Positions 31,365-41,557 are shown, counted from the first letter of the stretch. The stretch: 64,000 bases of DNA from Chloroflexota bacterium (GCA_020161935.1 JAIUNI010000004.1:178927-242926); one strand, 5' to 3'. Notes: generated from the letters alone by a model not told the origin. Translations and numbers: made by a program.

Positions 31365-31442
31365 TTTCACACTGTCTGTTTTTCAGCCACCCATCATGGA
31401 TGTGATAGGCGGCTCTTTTCGATTCCAGAAAGGAATATCCTT

Positions 31443-34400
31443 ATGGCGCGCGCTGAAAGCAAAATGGTCATGGGTTATCTGCCCATTGAAACCCATCATC
31501 ACCCCGCTATCCTGTCACTAATTGCCCCTGCTATACCAGATGTAAAACTGATTGACCCATTTGCCGGAGATGGGCTGTTTCTGGAGGCGGCATCCAAGGC
31601 ATGGAACGTCACCCCGTATGCCAATGAACTGGATGGCGAACGCGCTCAGGTTTGTATTGAGCGTTTTGGTTCGAAACAGGCGGTGCGCTGCGATGTCGAG
31701 CGACTGCTGGCCTCCAACAATGCTTTTGGCGCGGCATGGCTCAATCCCCCATATGACCATGACAAAACCGCCAAGTCCAACAAGCGCGTCGAGTTCGCCT
31801 ACCTACGTCACAGTTGGAAGTGGCTGCAAGATGGCGGGTTGGCTTTGTGGTGCGTGTATAACCAGCACATCACCGAAGATGCCGCTGCGTTTCTGGCTAA
31901 GAACAGCAGTCGTGTCGATGTGTGGGCGCTGCTCGGTAAACATCAGGGTGAGTACGATCAGGTGCTGGTTGCCGCCATCAAAGGAAGACACCCCCATCCG
32001 ATAGAACTCTACCAGCGCATTCTGGAAGGCAAAACCTATCCACGTGCGCTGACCGTCCAGTCCGAACCGCTGTACAAACTACCCGCGTCGCCACAGATCA
32101 ACCGCTTTGTGTTCGCGCCCGATGTAATTGATGAAGAACAGGGCTTGCGGCTAGTCCAAGAACAGGGTGCATGGAAGACCAACGGCTTTCAGGCGCTACT
32201 AGAAGCTCCTTACCCACTAGAACAGATTGAACCGGTTGTTGCGCCGCGTCCCGGACACATGGCTTTAGTGCTGGCGGCAGGCGTTGCTAATGGCGCAGTC
32301 ATCCAGACCGACGACTACGGGCAGGTCGCCATTCGTGGCAAAACACAGCATGTCGAGCAGATTGCCCGTGTCGAAATTGAAGCTGTCCCCAGCGACCCTG
32401 AACGACAAATCAAGAAAACCACTATCCGGCTTAAACCGACCACAACGTTGACGTTGCTGGCGCAGAATGGCACGGTAATCGAGATGGAAGGGGATGAGGC
32501 GCTACTGGGCTTCATCACCGCCAACAAGCGGTCTCTGACCAGTTACCTCAACCAGAAATTCAAACCGATGTATGCGTTTGACTTTGCCGGAATGGGGCGC
32601 TGGTTAGACCGCATTCGGCTCAAGGGCAAATATCCGATGTATAACGCCCAGAAGCATGTAGTTGGCGCGACAGTACGCGGCTTCCAGTCGAGGGATAGTA
32701 TCCTGCTGGTTGGCAGCATGGGAACAGGTAAGACGCTCATGGGTGGGTCTACTGCCATTGGTATTGCTTCCGGTGTGGTCGAGCAATTATGCGGACAAAT
32801 CGGCGACGATCAGGTAGTTCTGATTGTCGCGCCCCCGCATCTGGTCGAGAAGTGGAAACGCGAACTGCATAGCATCAGCCGCGATATTTTTGTCGAACGC
32901 TTAGACCGCCATGAAGATGTCAAAGCCTTCATGGACAAGGCAGCACATCTGGGTTCGGGTATTGCCAAGATCGGTCTCATCAAGCGCGATATGACCAAGC
33001 TCGGCGCGGGGCGTGAGATCGGTGCCATCTGGCGGAATGAATACACGACTCTGTGGCGACACGAACAACCAACGCCGGAAGGCTATGAACCAGATCAGCG
33101 ATTGGTTAAACAGCGCGTACCGAAATGCCCGACCTGCGGCTGCACCGTGATGCAGGAGAAGAAGGGCATTGAAACGCCTGCTTCGGAAAGTTGGCTCAAA
33201 GCTGGCAAACGGCTGTGCGCCCACTGCCAGACACCGCTGTGGCAAGAATTGCGTGACAAAGGCTCACAGCCCAAACCCGGACAGAAGTATCCCGCCAAGA
33301 ATCCGCGCTACCGTATCGACGAGTATCTCAAGCGCGTCTACCCGGATAGGATTTATCTTCTCATATGGGATGAAGTTCACGAGTGCGCTCATGGCGATAC
33401 CGGCAACGGTGAAGCCTTCAATCGCATGGCAGGATTAGCGGATAAGGTGCTGGCAATGACCGGCACACCCTTCAATGGGCGATCTTCATCCATTTTCAAT
33501 TTAGAATATGCCCTCAATCCCCGTACCCGCAATCGTTACAACTGGGGAGGATCACCGCGTTTGTCTCGTAAATCGCGCGGCGAACGAGGATTTCAAATCA
33601 TTTCCGTAGACGACAGCAAACAGCGCGGACGTGCCGAGTCACGCTGGGTTGCCGATATGGGGGTGAGGGAGCAGGTGATTGAAGAACGCCCCTCATATGA
33701 CAAAGAGACGGGGGCATTCACTGGAACTTCCACTTACGAAAAACCTTATGAGGAAGCACCAGGAATCTCGCCGCTGCTGGTAGCCGAAGTGTTGGATCAT
33801 GCCATCTTCTTCAGTTTAGGAGACTTAGGCAAAGCGCTGCCAAAATACGAAGAAATTGCGCTGGCGGTGGAGATGGATACTGACACCTATGAGCAGTATG
33901 ACCGCACTCGCCAGCAGTTGAAGGATTATCTGATTGCGCGACGCTGGGAAGGCGACACGACGTTTCGTGGCGCGTACTTACAATGGGCGATGGGCTGGGT
34001 GAATGCGGCGCACCGTCCACACGAAGTCATCCACAATCTCAAACACCCAATCACTGGGGAGAAGCTGCCGCATATTGTCACCAGCATCCCTTCTTATGGC
34101 GAAGATCGCATCTTTTCCAAAGAGCAGGCGCTCATTGACCTCGTGCGCTCGGAGCTAGAACAGAATCGTCCCTGTGTCATCTACATCCGTCAGACCAGCA
34201 CTCGCGATATTCAGCCACGCATTGAGTGCTTGATCCGCCAGCATGTCCCGCTTGCCCGAACCTTTATCCTCAAAAATACCGTCGAAGCCGAACGACGCGA
34301 AGCGGTCATCGAAGCGGAAATACTCAAAGGCACGAATGTGGTCATCTCCAATCCTGAGCTAGTCAAAACCGGATTGGATTTGGTGTTTGCCCCAACGCTC

Positions 34401-35429
34401 ATCTTTTACGAGATCGTCTTCAATTTGGGGACAATGATGCAGGCAGCCGGACGTTCTTACCGCCTTAACCAGACTCACTCACACTGCAAAACCTACTATA
34501 TGTACTGCGAAGGCACAATGGAACAAACAGCGGTGCAGCTCATGAGCCGCAAACAGCGTGCAGCGAAACTGTTGACGGGTGACATTGGACTCACAGGGCT
34601 AGATGCGCTGACCGAAGGCGAGGGCGGGTTTGAAGCAGCATTGCTCGAAGCCATTGGGCGCGACGAAACGCTACTCGACCCAGCCAAACTATTCAAACAG
34701 TCAGAGGAACATGGAGAGATCGACAATGAGGACGCGGCCTACTGGAATGTCGAACTGACCCAGCCAGAAGCCGACCAATTAGTGGTTAATCCTATTCAAC
34801 CGATGGTGGCAGACAAGCTAACCGACGATCCGCTCATTCATGAAGCCATCCAACTTGGCGGTGTCATTGCTGCAATCGAAACTAAATCACTTGGATGCGA
34901 AGCGACGACAGATGTTATTCAAGATAGTGAACCGCAGTGGTTTGGGCAGTCCATCAGACGCTATCTCGACAGTGTTCACCTCATCGCTGATGACCGTAAA
35001 CGCGACCAATTGCAGGCAAAACTACTGACTATTCTGTCGAACGGTGTTCAGGGCGATGATGGCACCTATGCCGTCATAGGCATGTGTGATCCTGACTTCA
35101 ACCATTATCCAGTACATACCGAAACATTGACCTGTCATGTACGAAAGTGGTTGAAAGAACACCATTTTGTTTTCATCGGATGTGAGCATGAAGTCGCTGC
35201 CAATATCATACGTCTGGCAAAGCAAGCACTGAGCAGTGATACAACCAACCGCATCCGTCTGCGTGCCGTTGTAGTTAGCACACCATCCAAAAAACCTGCG
35301 GCTTCCAAATTTCACAAACGCCAGTCCAACCTACTGGTTGTGCCGGATGATGTGCTGGAGCCTCAACATAGGAATCAGCCCAATGAACGATTAAATGAAT
35401 CCGTGCCGCTGCAATTGGTGTTGTTTTAA
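31443..35429 (+). CDS. SAM-dependent methyltransferase (DUF6094-like) fused to an SF2/SNF2-like helicase with Zn ribbon
   Basis: DPFAGDG and NPPY; GSMGTGKT, DEVHE, MTGTP, QAAGRSYR; CPTCG/CAHCQ. Confidence 0.88.
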   Translation: MARAESKMVMGYLPIETHHHPAILSLIAPAIPDVKLIDPFAGDGLFLEAASKAWNVTPYANELDGERAQVCIERFGSKQAVRCDVERLLASNNAFGAAWLNPPYDHDKTAKSNKRVEFAYLRHSWKWLQDGGLALWCVYNQHITEDAAAFLAKNSSRVDVWALLGKHQGEYDQVLVAAIKGRHPHPIELYQRILEGKTYPRALTVQSEPLYKLPASPQINRFVFAPDVIDEEQGLRLVQEQGAWKTNGFQALLEAPYPLEQIEPVVAPRPGHMALVLAAGVANGAVIQTDDYGQVAIRGKTQHVEQIARVEIEAVPSDPERQIKKTTIRLKPTTTLTLLAQNGTVIEMEGDEALLGFITANKRSLTSYLNQKFKPMYAFDFAGMGRWLDRIRLKGKYPMYNAQKHVVGATVRGFQSRDSILLVGSMGTGKTLMGGSTAIGIASGVVEQLCGQIGDDQVVLIVAPPHLVEKWKRELHSISRDIFVERLDRHEDVKAFMDKAAHLGSGIAKIGLIKRDMTKLGAGREIGAIWRNEYTTLWRHEQPTPEGYEPDQRLVKQRVPKCPTCGCTVMQEKKGIETPASESWLKAGKRLCAHCQTPLWQELRDKGSQPKPGQKYPAKNPRYRIDEYLKRVYPDRIYLLIWDEVHECAHGDTGNGEAFNRMAGLADKVLAMTGTPFNGRSSSIFNLEYALNPRTRNRYNWGGSPRLSRKSRGERGFQIISVDDSKQRGRAESRWVADMGVREQVIEERPSYDKETGAFTGTSTYEKPYEEAPGISPLLVAEVLDHAIFFSLGDLGKALPKYEEIALAVEMDTDTYEQYDRTRQQLKDYLIARRWEGDTTFRGAYLQWAMGWVNAAHRPHEVIHNLKHPITGEKLPHIVTSIPSYGEDRIFSKEQALIDLVRSELEQNRPCVIYIRQTSTRDIQPRIECLIRQHVPLARTFILKNTVEAERREAVIEAEILKGTNVVISNPELVKTGLDLVFAPTLIFYEIVFNLGTMMQAAGRSYRLNQTHSHCKTYYMYCEGTMEQTAVQLMSRKQRAAKLLTGDIGLTGLDALTEGEGGFEAALLEAIGRDETLLDPAKLFKQSEEHGEIDNEDAAYWNVELTQPEADQLVVNPIQPMVADKLTDDPLIHEAIQLGGVIAAIETKSLGCEATTDVIQDSEPQWFGQSIRRYLDSVHLIADDRKRDQLQAKLLTILSNGVQGDDGTYAVIGMCDPDFNHYPVHTETLTCHVRKWLKEHHFVFIGCEHEVAANIIRLAKQALSSDTTNRIRLRAVVVSTPSKKPAASKFHKRQSNLLVVPDDVLEPQHRNQPNERLNESVPLQLVLF

Positions 35430-35441
35430 GGGAGTTTATAC

Positions 35442-36371
35442 ATGCACCCCAATACGATTGCATTTTTGGATATCCTCTTTGAACGCTGTTCACCGCTGCG
35501 CTCATCCGTCAACCTTACCTTTACTGCTATTTATCCTGATGGAAAATTCGCCACACCCTCTCATCACGTTCCACTGAATAACCGAGCAGGTATGCTGGAC
35601 ACGCTTCAGCGGCTATCAGCCACCAACCGGATGGGTTGGGGTGCATACTTCGCGGTGGGACTTCGAAAACTGGGATTAAGCCGCTGGAGGCGCGGCAGTG
35701 TGGCGGAAGTGGTCGCGCTGCCCGCGTTCTACACCGACATTGACGACCCCACCGATGTTGTACTCGCAAAACTACGCAGCGCTCTACTTCCCCCTTCAAT
35801 AATTGTGGGATCAGGCGGCGGTTATCATGCCTACTGGCTGCTAGAAAAACCAACTATCGATCTGAGTACGGCGCGACAGGTCTTACAGGGACTTGCCCGA
35901 ACATTTGGTGGCGATGGGTTATCGACTGCTCAATCGCTGCGACTACCGGGTACGATTAATACCAAACCGGAACGCGGTAAGGCGGTGTGTCACCTTGTCG
36001 AAATATCCGATCTTCACTACCACCTGTCTGACTTCCAATCGTTTATTCTGCCAATACCTCCTCCATTGGTGCGGGAACCTACTTTACAAGTTTTCAATCA
36101 CACAGGCAGTCGAACGCTCAACTCAGAGTTAATTCGTGCTATCACGACCCTGTTGTACCGCACCTATGCAGCACGAGAACGGCAGCAAAGTGAGTGGATA
36201 GCAGCTCTGTGTCCCTGCGGTCATGCCCGTGATTCACCGGGTACACATTTCTTCTGGAATCCCACCATCGGCTGTGGCCATTGTCATGGACGGCATGGCA
36301 CGCTCCGGCTCATCGAACTTTGTTCCATTTTGGGTATCAACGCCGCCGCTTACGGTGGTATCTATCGTTAA
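35442..36371 (+). CDS. RepB-type archaeo-eukaryotic primase with C-terminal Zn finger
   Basis: DIDD, SGGGYHAYW, RLPGTIN.KP; CPCGH...CGHCH. Confidence 0.8.
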   Translation: MHPNTIAFLDILFERCSPLRSSVNLTFTAIYPDGKFATPSHHVPLNNRAGMLDTLQRLSATNRMGWGAYFAVGLRKLGLSRWRRGSVAEVVALPAFYTDIDDPTDVVLAKLRSALLPPSIIVGSGGGYHAYWLLEKPTIDLSTARQVLQGLARTFGGDGLSTAQSLRLPGTINTKPERGKAVCHLVEISDLHYHLSDFQSFILPIPPPLVREPTLQVFNHTGSRTLNSELIRAITTLLYRTYAARERQQSEWIAALCPCGHARDSPGTHFFWNPTIGCGHCHGRHGTLRLIELCSILGINAAAYGGIYR

Positions 36372-36394
36372 TGTAGAAAGGATCAAAACACATC

Positions 36395-37117
36395 ATGTCC
36401 GACAAGAAGAAAATCACCAAGACAAACTCGCCCCCGACCCTCATCACATTGACTCTGCCTTCGCCCTCAGATGGGATTCTTCCGCTAGATCAAGCCACCG
36501 CAACCTTACTGATTCAGCACGGCGACTTGGCACACATGCGTCAGTTCACTTATGTCGTGGTGGAAGATATGACCACCGCCATCAAGGAAGCCTATATCGC
36601 TCTTGCGAGTGTTGAAGCCGAACCGCCTGTCATCCGCGAAGTACCAAAAGATCAGACAAGGTCTGAGACAAAAACGAATACGAAAGCGGAACAGAAGCCT
36701 GCCGCCGAAGAAGAACCGACTATCGACATCCCGCTCAAGAAAGGGACATTGGCAGTCAAACTCAGTTACATCAAGCTAGTGGGTGGCGAAACCGATGCGG
36801 CTGCCTACCGTCAGGCGGTGTTGATTGCTGGGAAGCTTATTGACGGCAAACTGTGGGATGGCACTTCACCAATTCGTATTGACGACGTGTACACAACGAT
36901 GAAAAAGATGAAACATCTGTCCGAGCGCGAGATGAGCCTGTTCGCATTAGAAGATTTCGTCCAAGTCGGCGGTATTGTTGATGCAGCCGAAGCCATTCAG
37001 GACGATGAACGTGAAGCTGACGAAATCGAGGATAACAGCATGGAAATCCAAACGCCGCTGCTTATCGGCAGCTCATCGTTCAACGGTCATCACGCGGATG
37101 ATACTGACAACGATTAA
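36395..37117 (+). CDS. Hypothetical protein in the position of PRTRC protein E
   Basis: 240-aa ORF with RBS and charged low-complexity linker, directly upstream of the Ubl gene. Confidence 0.6.
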   Translation: MSDKKKITKTNSPPTLITLTLPSPSDGILPLDQATATLLIQHGDLAHMRQFTYVVVEDMTTAIKEAYIALASVEAEPPVIREVPKDQTRSETKTNTKAEQKPAAEEEPTIDIPLKKGTLAVKLSYIKLVGGETDAAAYRQAVLIAGKLIDGKLWDGTSPIRIDDVYTTMKKMKHLSEREMSLFALEDFVQVGGIVDAAEAIQDDEREADEIEDNSMEIQTPLLIGSSSFNGHHADDTDND

Positions 37118-37174
37118 TCTTTTCTGATTAAGTCCATTCAATCATATCGATATTGTAAAAAGGAGAACCTTATC

Positions 37175-37390
37175 ATGTCCGAGCTGAACCCCGCACAAGC
37201 CCGTATCTTCAAGACGGGTACCGTTCGTATTGTCGAGGATGATTCTATGCGCGAACTGAGCAATGAAGAAGTTCGCAATCTCCTCAAGCCAACCTACCCC
37301 GAAATCGCCAACGCCACCATCCGCGAAGTCACCACTTCTGAAGAGCAAACGGTGGTTGAGTTCCTCCCGCAACCCGGACGTAAGGGATAG
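37175..37390 (+). CDS. Prokaryotic ubiquitin-like protein (PRTRC protein C-like)
   Basis: 71 aa, LS.EEVR..L...YPEIANA, C-terminal G.KG; AGGAG RBS. Confidence 0.8.
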   Translation: MSELNPAQARIFKTGTVRIVEDDSMRELSNEEVRNLLKPTYPEIANATIREVTTSEEQTVVEFLPQPGRKG

Positions 37391-37395
37391 CCATC

Positions 37396-37665
37396 ATGTT
37401 TGATGCAGGCTTAACGTTGACCAGCCTGCGGGACTGCCTTGCACACATCGAACCGGTTCAGCTCTTGGGGATGGAATTGCTCAAACAACATAGCGCCCAT
37501 TCCCAAGGGCATTGGTTCCCGATAGACATTCCCCGCAATCAAATGGTCAATGCAGTTACTGAATTAGTGGATTACACACGCCGTTGTGCTTATGCCGCCG
37601 TACAAATCAGCCATCTCACGTCTGTACCGCTGACCTCCGTACCCATTTTGGAGTTCGGACTATGA
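37396..37665 (+). CDS. Small hypothetical protein in the Ubl operon
   Basis: 89 aa, tightly packed, ATGA overlap with the next gene. Confidence 0.65.
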   Translation: MFDAGLTLTSLRDCLAHIEPVQLLGMELLKQHSAHSQGHWFPIDIPRNQMVNAVTELVDYTRRCAYAAVQISHLTSVPLTSVPILEFGL

Positions 37666-38504
37666 GCGAACTCTTACAAATTCAACAACTTCTCATTAAC
37701 GGAATGAACAGTGATCCTATGCTGTGTCTGGCAAATGTCATCGCATGGCTAGACCCGTTCTGGGACGATTTCACTGATGAGGATGACGATTATACAGGTG
37801 ATGGTGGACTCGATCTGGCGTTGCGGGTGGTACGCAACTCATTTCCTGCCCTCTATGTACAAGTTATTGAGCAACTGCGTAATGGGTATTCATGGGATGA
37901 TATTGATCGTTTCGTCTGCCGTGAAATCGAGATACTGGGTATTCCACTGGAAAACCTTGAATGGATGGGCTACGGCATCCCCTTACCGTCCTATGGTGTG
38001 AGACTAGAAGAACCCGACTTCTACAAAAGCCATGTTGATTTGATCCCTGTACTCGCGCCCTTTGGCATTGATCCGGCATCTGACGATGATACTGTGTTTG
38101 TGCCGGAATACACACCTCTGATTGGCCAATACGTCGCCGAAAATCTCCAGCAGCATCCAGATGCGCGTTATCGTCAACTGTCATGGTTGGTGCAGTGGTT
38201 GTTTTCCTGTTCGGGGAATTCAGTGATTGATCTCGACTACGAGGCCATGTGTGAATTCCAACCGCTGTCATGGGATAAAGATGATCTGGAATTTGCCATC
38301 GTTATTATTCAGGAGGCCGATGAAATTATGCTGCAGGCCCTAAAAGGTCTCGCCTTTCTACAATCCACCCCCGAAGTTTTTGCCGCTCTTGGAGATAATG
38401 TGCGGCGCATTTATAAAGTCCTCAGTAAACAGCCAAAGGAGAACCGACATGACAAACCTCGCGTTCGATGTATCTGGCCGAGCCTTAGAACAAGTGCTGA
38501 CTGA
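37662..38504 (+). CDS. Acidic hypothetical protein in the position of PRTRC protein F
   Basis: ATG at 37662 overlaps the previous stop; lies between the Ubl and E2 genes. Confidence 0.7.
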   Translation: MSELLQIQQLLINGMNSDPMLCLANVIAWLDPFWDDFTDEDDDYTGDGGLDLALRVVRNSFPALYVQVIEQLRNGYSWDDIDRFVCREIEILGIPLENLEWMGYGIPLPSYGVRLEEPDFYKSHVDLIPVLAPFGIDPASDDDTVFVPEYTPLIGQYVAENLQQHPDARYRQLSWLVQWLFSCSGNSVIDLDYEAMCEFQPLSWDKDDLEFAIVIIQEADEIMLQALKGLAFLQSTPEVFAALGDNVRRIYKVLSKQPKENRHDKPRVRCIWPSLRTSAD

Positions 38505-39156
38505 ACACCCCTCGCTTGTGCTTCGGTTTTACAGTTATGGTGTGATGCTGGAAAAGTGTGAGGGGAATCGGGTGACTGAATACCCTGTTGATCCAGCGCA
38601 AATTGCACTGGCGCTCTCGGCGAAGGTAGGTTTCGACACCGGGCTGTTGACCGGAAACACGCTGCTTGTGCGTTACGAAGGCGTGAAAAAAACTGTTGTT
38701 GAATACCGCCCGCCAGCTAAAACGGGTTTGTACTTAGAAAGCTCGGAAGCCCCACTGCGCGTCCCACTGCCGGGAATGCTCATGATCCGGGTGACCGCCG
38801 AAGACAAATCTCCGCAGTATCAAATCTATGCCGTCAAAAAACGCCCCGACCAGATAGATACACCCTTGTTTCATTTACCGCTACCTAATGTCTTTACCAG
38901 CGGAAGTATTTGCTGGGGAACGGTTCCATCTGCTTCCGAAGCCGCACTCAAAAGAGCTTCACTGGTCGAAGATTGGGTGGTTTTCCTCGGCAGTCGATTT
39001 GGCGATCATGGTTGCAACGGCAAATCTAAATCGCATCCACAGGACATTCGGCAAAAACTAATTGATCTCGAACAACGCCATGTGCATGTCTATCCCAAGT
39101 CTGATTTAGTTCCGGCGCAACGTACTTTAGCTGAAGCGTTGGGCGATAATCGTTAG
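38449..39156 (+). CDS. Prokaryotic E2 family protein (PRTRC protein B-like)
   Basis: PLPG.L, AVK.RP, TPLFH.PLPNV...GSICWG with catalytic-position Cys; ATG 38449 after AAGGAG. Confidence 0.82.
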   Translation: MTNLAFDVSGRALEQVLTEHPSLVLRFYSYGVMLEKCEGNRVTEYPVDPAQIALALSAKVGFDTGLLTGNTLLVRYEGVKKTVVEYRPPAKTGLYLESSEAPLRVPLPGMLMIRVTAEDKSPQYQIYAVKKRPDQIDTPLFHLPLPNVFTSGSICWGTVPSASEAALKRASLVEDWVVFLGSRFGDHGCNGKSKSHPQDIRQKLIDLEQRHVHVYPKSDLVPAQRTLAEALGDNR

Positions 39157-39234
39157 TGATTGCCAAGACTCCATAACAGGCTTTGCCTAAGATGACATCT
39201 AACTGCTCGTGAATAAGGATGGGAGACCACAACC

Positions 39235-40014
39235 TTGAATATTTTTGATCCGTTCATGCACTTGCAAACTGTAACTGTTGTTGGGATGGGAGGGACGGGT
39301 TCCCAAGTCGCGCGTACCCTTGCACGAGCAATCTACGATATGCGCCGGGCGCGTCTGCACATACCAAAGCTCGTTTTCATTGATCCAGACGTAGTGGAGG
39401 AGAAAAACGTTGGACGGCAGCTTTTCGCTGCTGGTGATGTCGGTCAGAACAAGAGCATGGTACTGGCACGCCGCTTTAATCAAGCCTTGGGACTGGAGAT
39501 CGCGGCAATCGATCAACTCCTCAATATTCGTCAGCATATCGAACGCACCGGTAACTTGGTCATTGGCTGCGTAGATAATTACGATGCCCGCCGTGAGTTA
39601 GCGAAAGCTGAGGGCATCTGGCTGGATGCCGGTAATCATTTTGACAGCGGGCAGGTGTGCATTGGCAATATGTTGGATCATGAGACGATGCTCCGCCATA
39701 TTAAAGGTGATAACGGCAAGTATCGCTATCTCCCCAGCCCGGCACTACTCTTCCCGCAACTGCTCGAACCAGAACCTCAGCCTACGCCACAAGCGAACCT
39801 GTCTTGTGCAGATTTGGTTGTAAGCGGCGATCAGCATCTTTTAATCAATGATCTGGTGGCGTGTGTTGTCGCTGGTTATGTTTACAAGCTCCTGCACCGA
39901 CAGCCTATTACGACTTTTCTTAGCTACGTCAGTATTGATAGCTTATCTGTTCGCAGCCTGCCGATTTGTCGTGACGAACTAATGCCTTATTTACAGGAGC
40001 CTAACGATGCTTAA
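39235..40014 (+). CDS. ThiF/E1-family adenylyltransferase (PRTRC ThiF-like)
   Basis: VGMGGTGS, DPDVVEEKNVGRQLF, CVDN..AR, WLDAGN, SCAD. Confidence 0.9.
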   Translation: MNIFDPFMHLQTVTVVGMGGTGSQVARTLARAIYDMRRARLHIPKLVFIDPDVVEEKNVGRQLFAAGDVGQNKSMVLARRFNQALGLEIAAIDQLLNIRQHIERTGNLVIGCVDNYDARRELAKAEGIWLDAGNHFDSGQVCIGNMLDHETMLRHIKGDNGKYRYLPSPALLFPQLLEPEPQPTPQANLSCADLVVSGDQHLLINDLVACVVAGYVYKLLHRQPITTFLSYVSIDSLSVRSLPICRDELMPYLQEPNDA

Positions 40015-40240
40015 CGGTCAGCACCAGAATGTACACCATTCAAAACTACCCACGTTAGGATCATTAGTGTATGTCGTAGGACTGTCTACCATCCATCCAA
40101 ATCGTAAGTGCATCGTCATCGCCTATCCCCTTTGTGACAATGTGCATCCCTACAGCATCGGTATCCATAGCTGTTGGGTGCGATTTCTCGACAATGGCGA
40201 AATTCAGCGTTTTAGTGGCACTTGGTTTAAGGAGGAGTAA
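40007..40240 (+). CDS. Small hypothetical protein
   Basis: 77 aa, AGGAG RBS, overlaps the ThiF stop. Confidence 0.55.
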   Translation: MLNGQHQNVHHSKLPTLGSLVYVVGLSTIHPNRKCIVIAYPLCDNVHPYSIGIHSCWVRFLDNGEIQRFSGTWFKEE

Positions 40241-40243
40241 ACC

Positions 40244-41098
40244 ATGTCCTACCAACTTCCGCTATTTGTCTCGGATGAGCCACTCCCTGATGATGCGATC
40301 CGTTTGCTACGTGAAGGCGCAGCATTGGTTCTAAGCGTATCCGGCGGTAAAGACTCGGATGCCATGTGTCATCACCTGCTAGAACGCCGACAGATTGAAG
40401 GTTGGATGGGCGATGTGGCGATGGTTCATGCTGATCTCGGACGTGCTGAGTGGCATAACACCACGGATTACATTCACAATCTGGCACAACGTAAAGGTGT
40501 ACCCTTGCACATCGTTCGATGGACTAATGGCGACTTGATTGACCGCATCTGGCAACGCTATTATGCTGATCCATCTCGTCCCTGCTGGCCGTCTAGTAAA
40601 GTCCGCTACTGCACCTCTGACCTTAAACGTGCGCCCATCTCGCGTTGGATAAGGAATACTTATTCGACAGGGAAGGTTGTGTGTGCGATGGGGTTGCGTG
40701 CTGAGGAGAGCCACACTCGGGCGAAACGTCAGACCCTCGCTGTGCGTGATGACTGTACCGCCCCAACGAAGGGGCGTTTTGTTTACGACTGGTTACCGAT
40801 CCATGACTGGACAGAAACTGATGTTTGGAATGCTATTCAACAGTACGGGAATATCTACCACGATGCTTACAAACATGGCAATCATCGCTTGTCGTGTGCG
40901 CTGTGTGTATTGGCCGGTGTAAATGACCTTATGAATGGAGCTGCTCAAAACTCCGATACCTACCGCGAATTCTGCCGTATCGAAGCCATCACCGGCTATA
41001 GTTTCCGTAAAGATTTTTGGCTGAGCGATCTTAAACCAGATCTCCTCTCTGACGAAACAAGAGCGGCAGTCCATGACCACAAAAGGAAAAACACATGA
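40244..41098 (+). CDS. PAPS-reductase-family (PP-loop) protein
   Basis: SVSGGKDS, RYCTSDLK, GLRAEES..R, PIHDW, RLSCALC. Confidence 0.88.
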   Translation: MSYQLPLFVSDEPLPDDAIRLLREGAALVLSVSGGKDSDAMCHHLLERRQIEGWMGDVAMVHADLGRAEWHNTTDYIHNLAQRKGVPLHIVRWTNGDLIDRIWQRYYADPSRPCWPSSKVRYCTSDLKRAPISRWIRNTYSTGKVVCAMGLRAEESHTRAKRQTLAVRDDCTAPTKGRFVYDWLPIHDWTETDVWNAIQQYGNIYHDAYKHGNHRLSCALCVLAGVNDLMNGAAQNSDTYREFCRIEAITGYSFRKDFWLSDLKPDLLSDETRAAVHDHKRKNT

Positions 41099-41517
41099 TT
41101 GACGATTGTACCGACCTTGATTGGCAACCCGCTGTCTTTGTGAAGGTTGTCCGCCAACCGTTTAATGACTTGCCTACTGGATTAGCAATGAAACGTCTCT
41201 ATCTGGCACAGCATCCTAGCGGAATTTTGAGTGCTGATTGGACATTACCGGCTGACGAACGTTTTTTACCCATAGTGCAGTTGACCGGATGGAAGCCGGA
41301 GCGCGATGTGCCTTTTAATCTTCCTATTCGATATAAGCGAGGGGATAGGCGTGTTTCTTTTCTGATCCCATATGGGACATGGGTGTTACCTTATGTTGAT
41401 GAGCAATATCGCCTCTATGAGCGTGTTCAAACGACTCTCCACATGATGCTGCTGCAAGTCGAGACAGCGCCAACTGATCTCCAAACACTGCGGTTGCTAA
41501 GTCGCTGGAGCAAATAG
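41095..41517 (+). CDS. Hypothetical protein
   Basis: 140 aa, ATGA-coupled to the PAPS-reductase-like gene. Confidence 0.65.
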   Translation: MIDDCTDLDWQPAVFVKVVRQPFNDLPTGLAMKRLYLAQHPSGILSADWTLPADERFLPIVQLTGWKPERDVPFNLPIRYKRGDRRVSFLIPYGTWVLPYVDEQYRLYERVQTTLHMMLLQVETAPTDLQTLRLLSRWSK

Positions 41518-41557
41518 CATCAGAAGTTTGTCTACTAAATTACAGGAGAATTCCACA

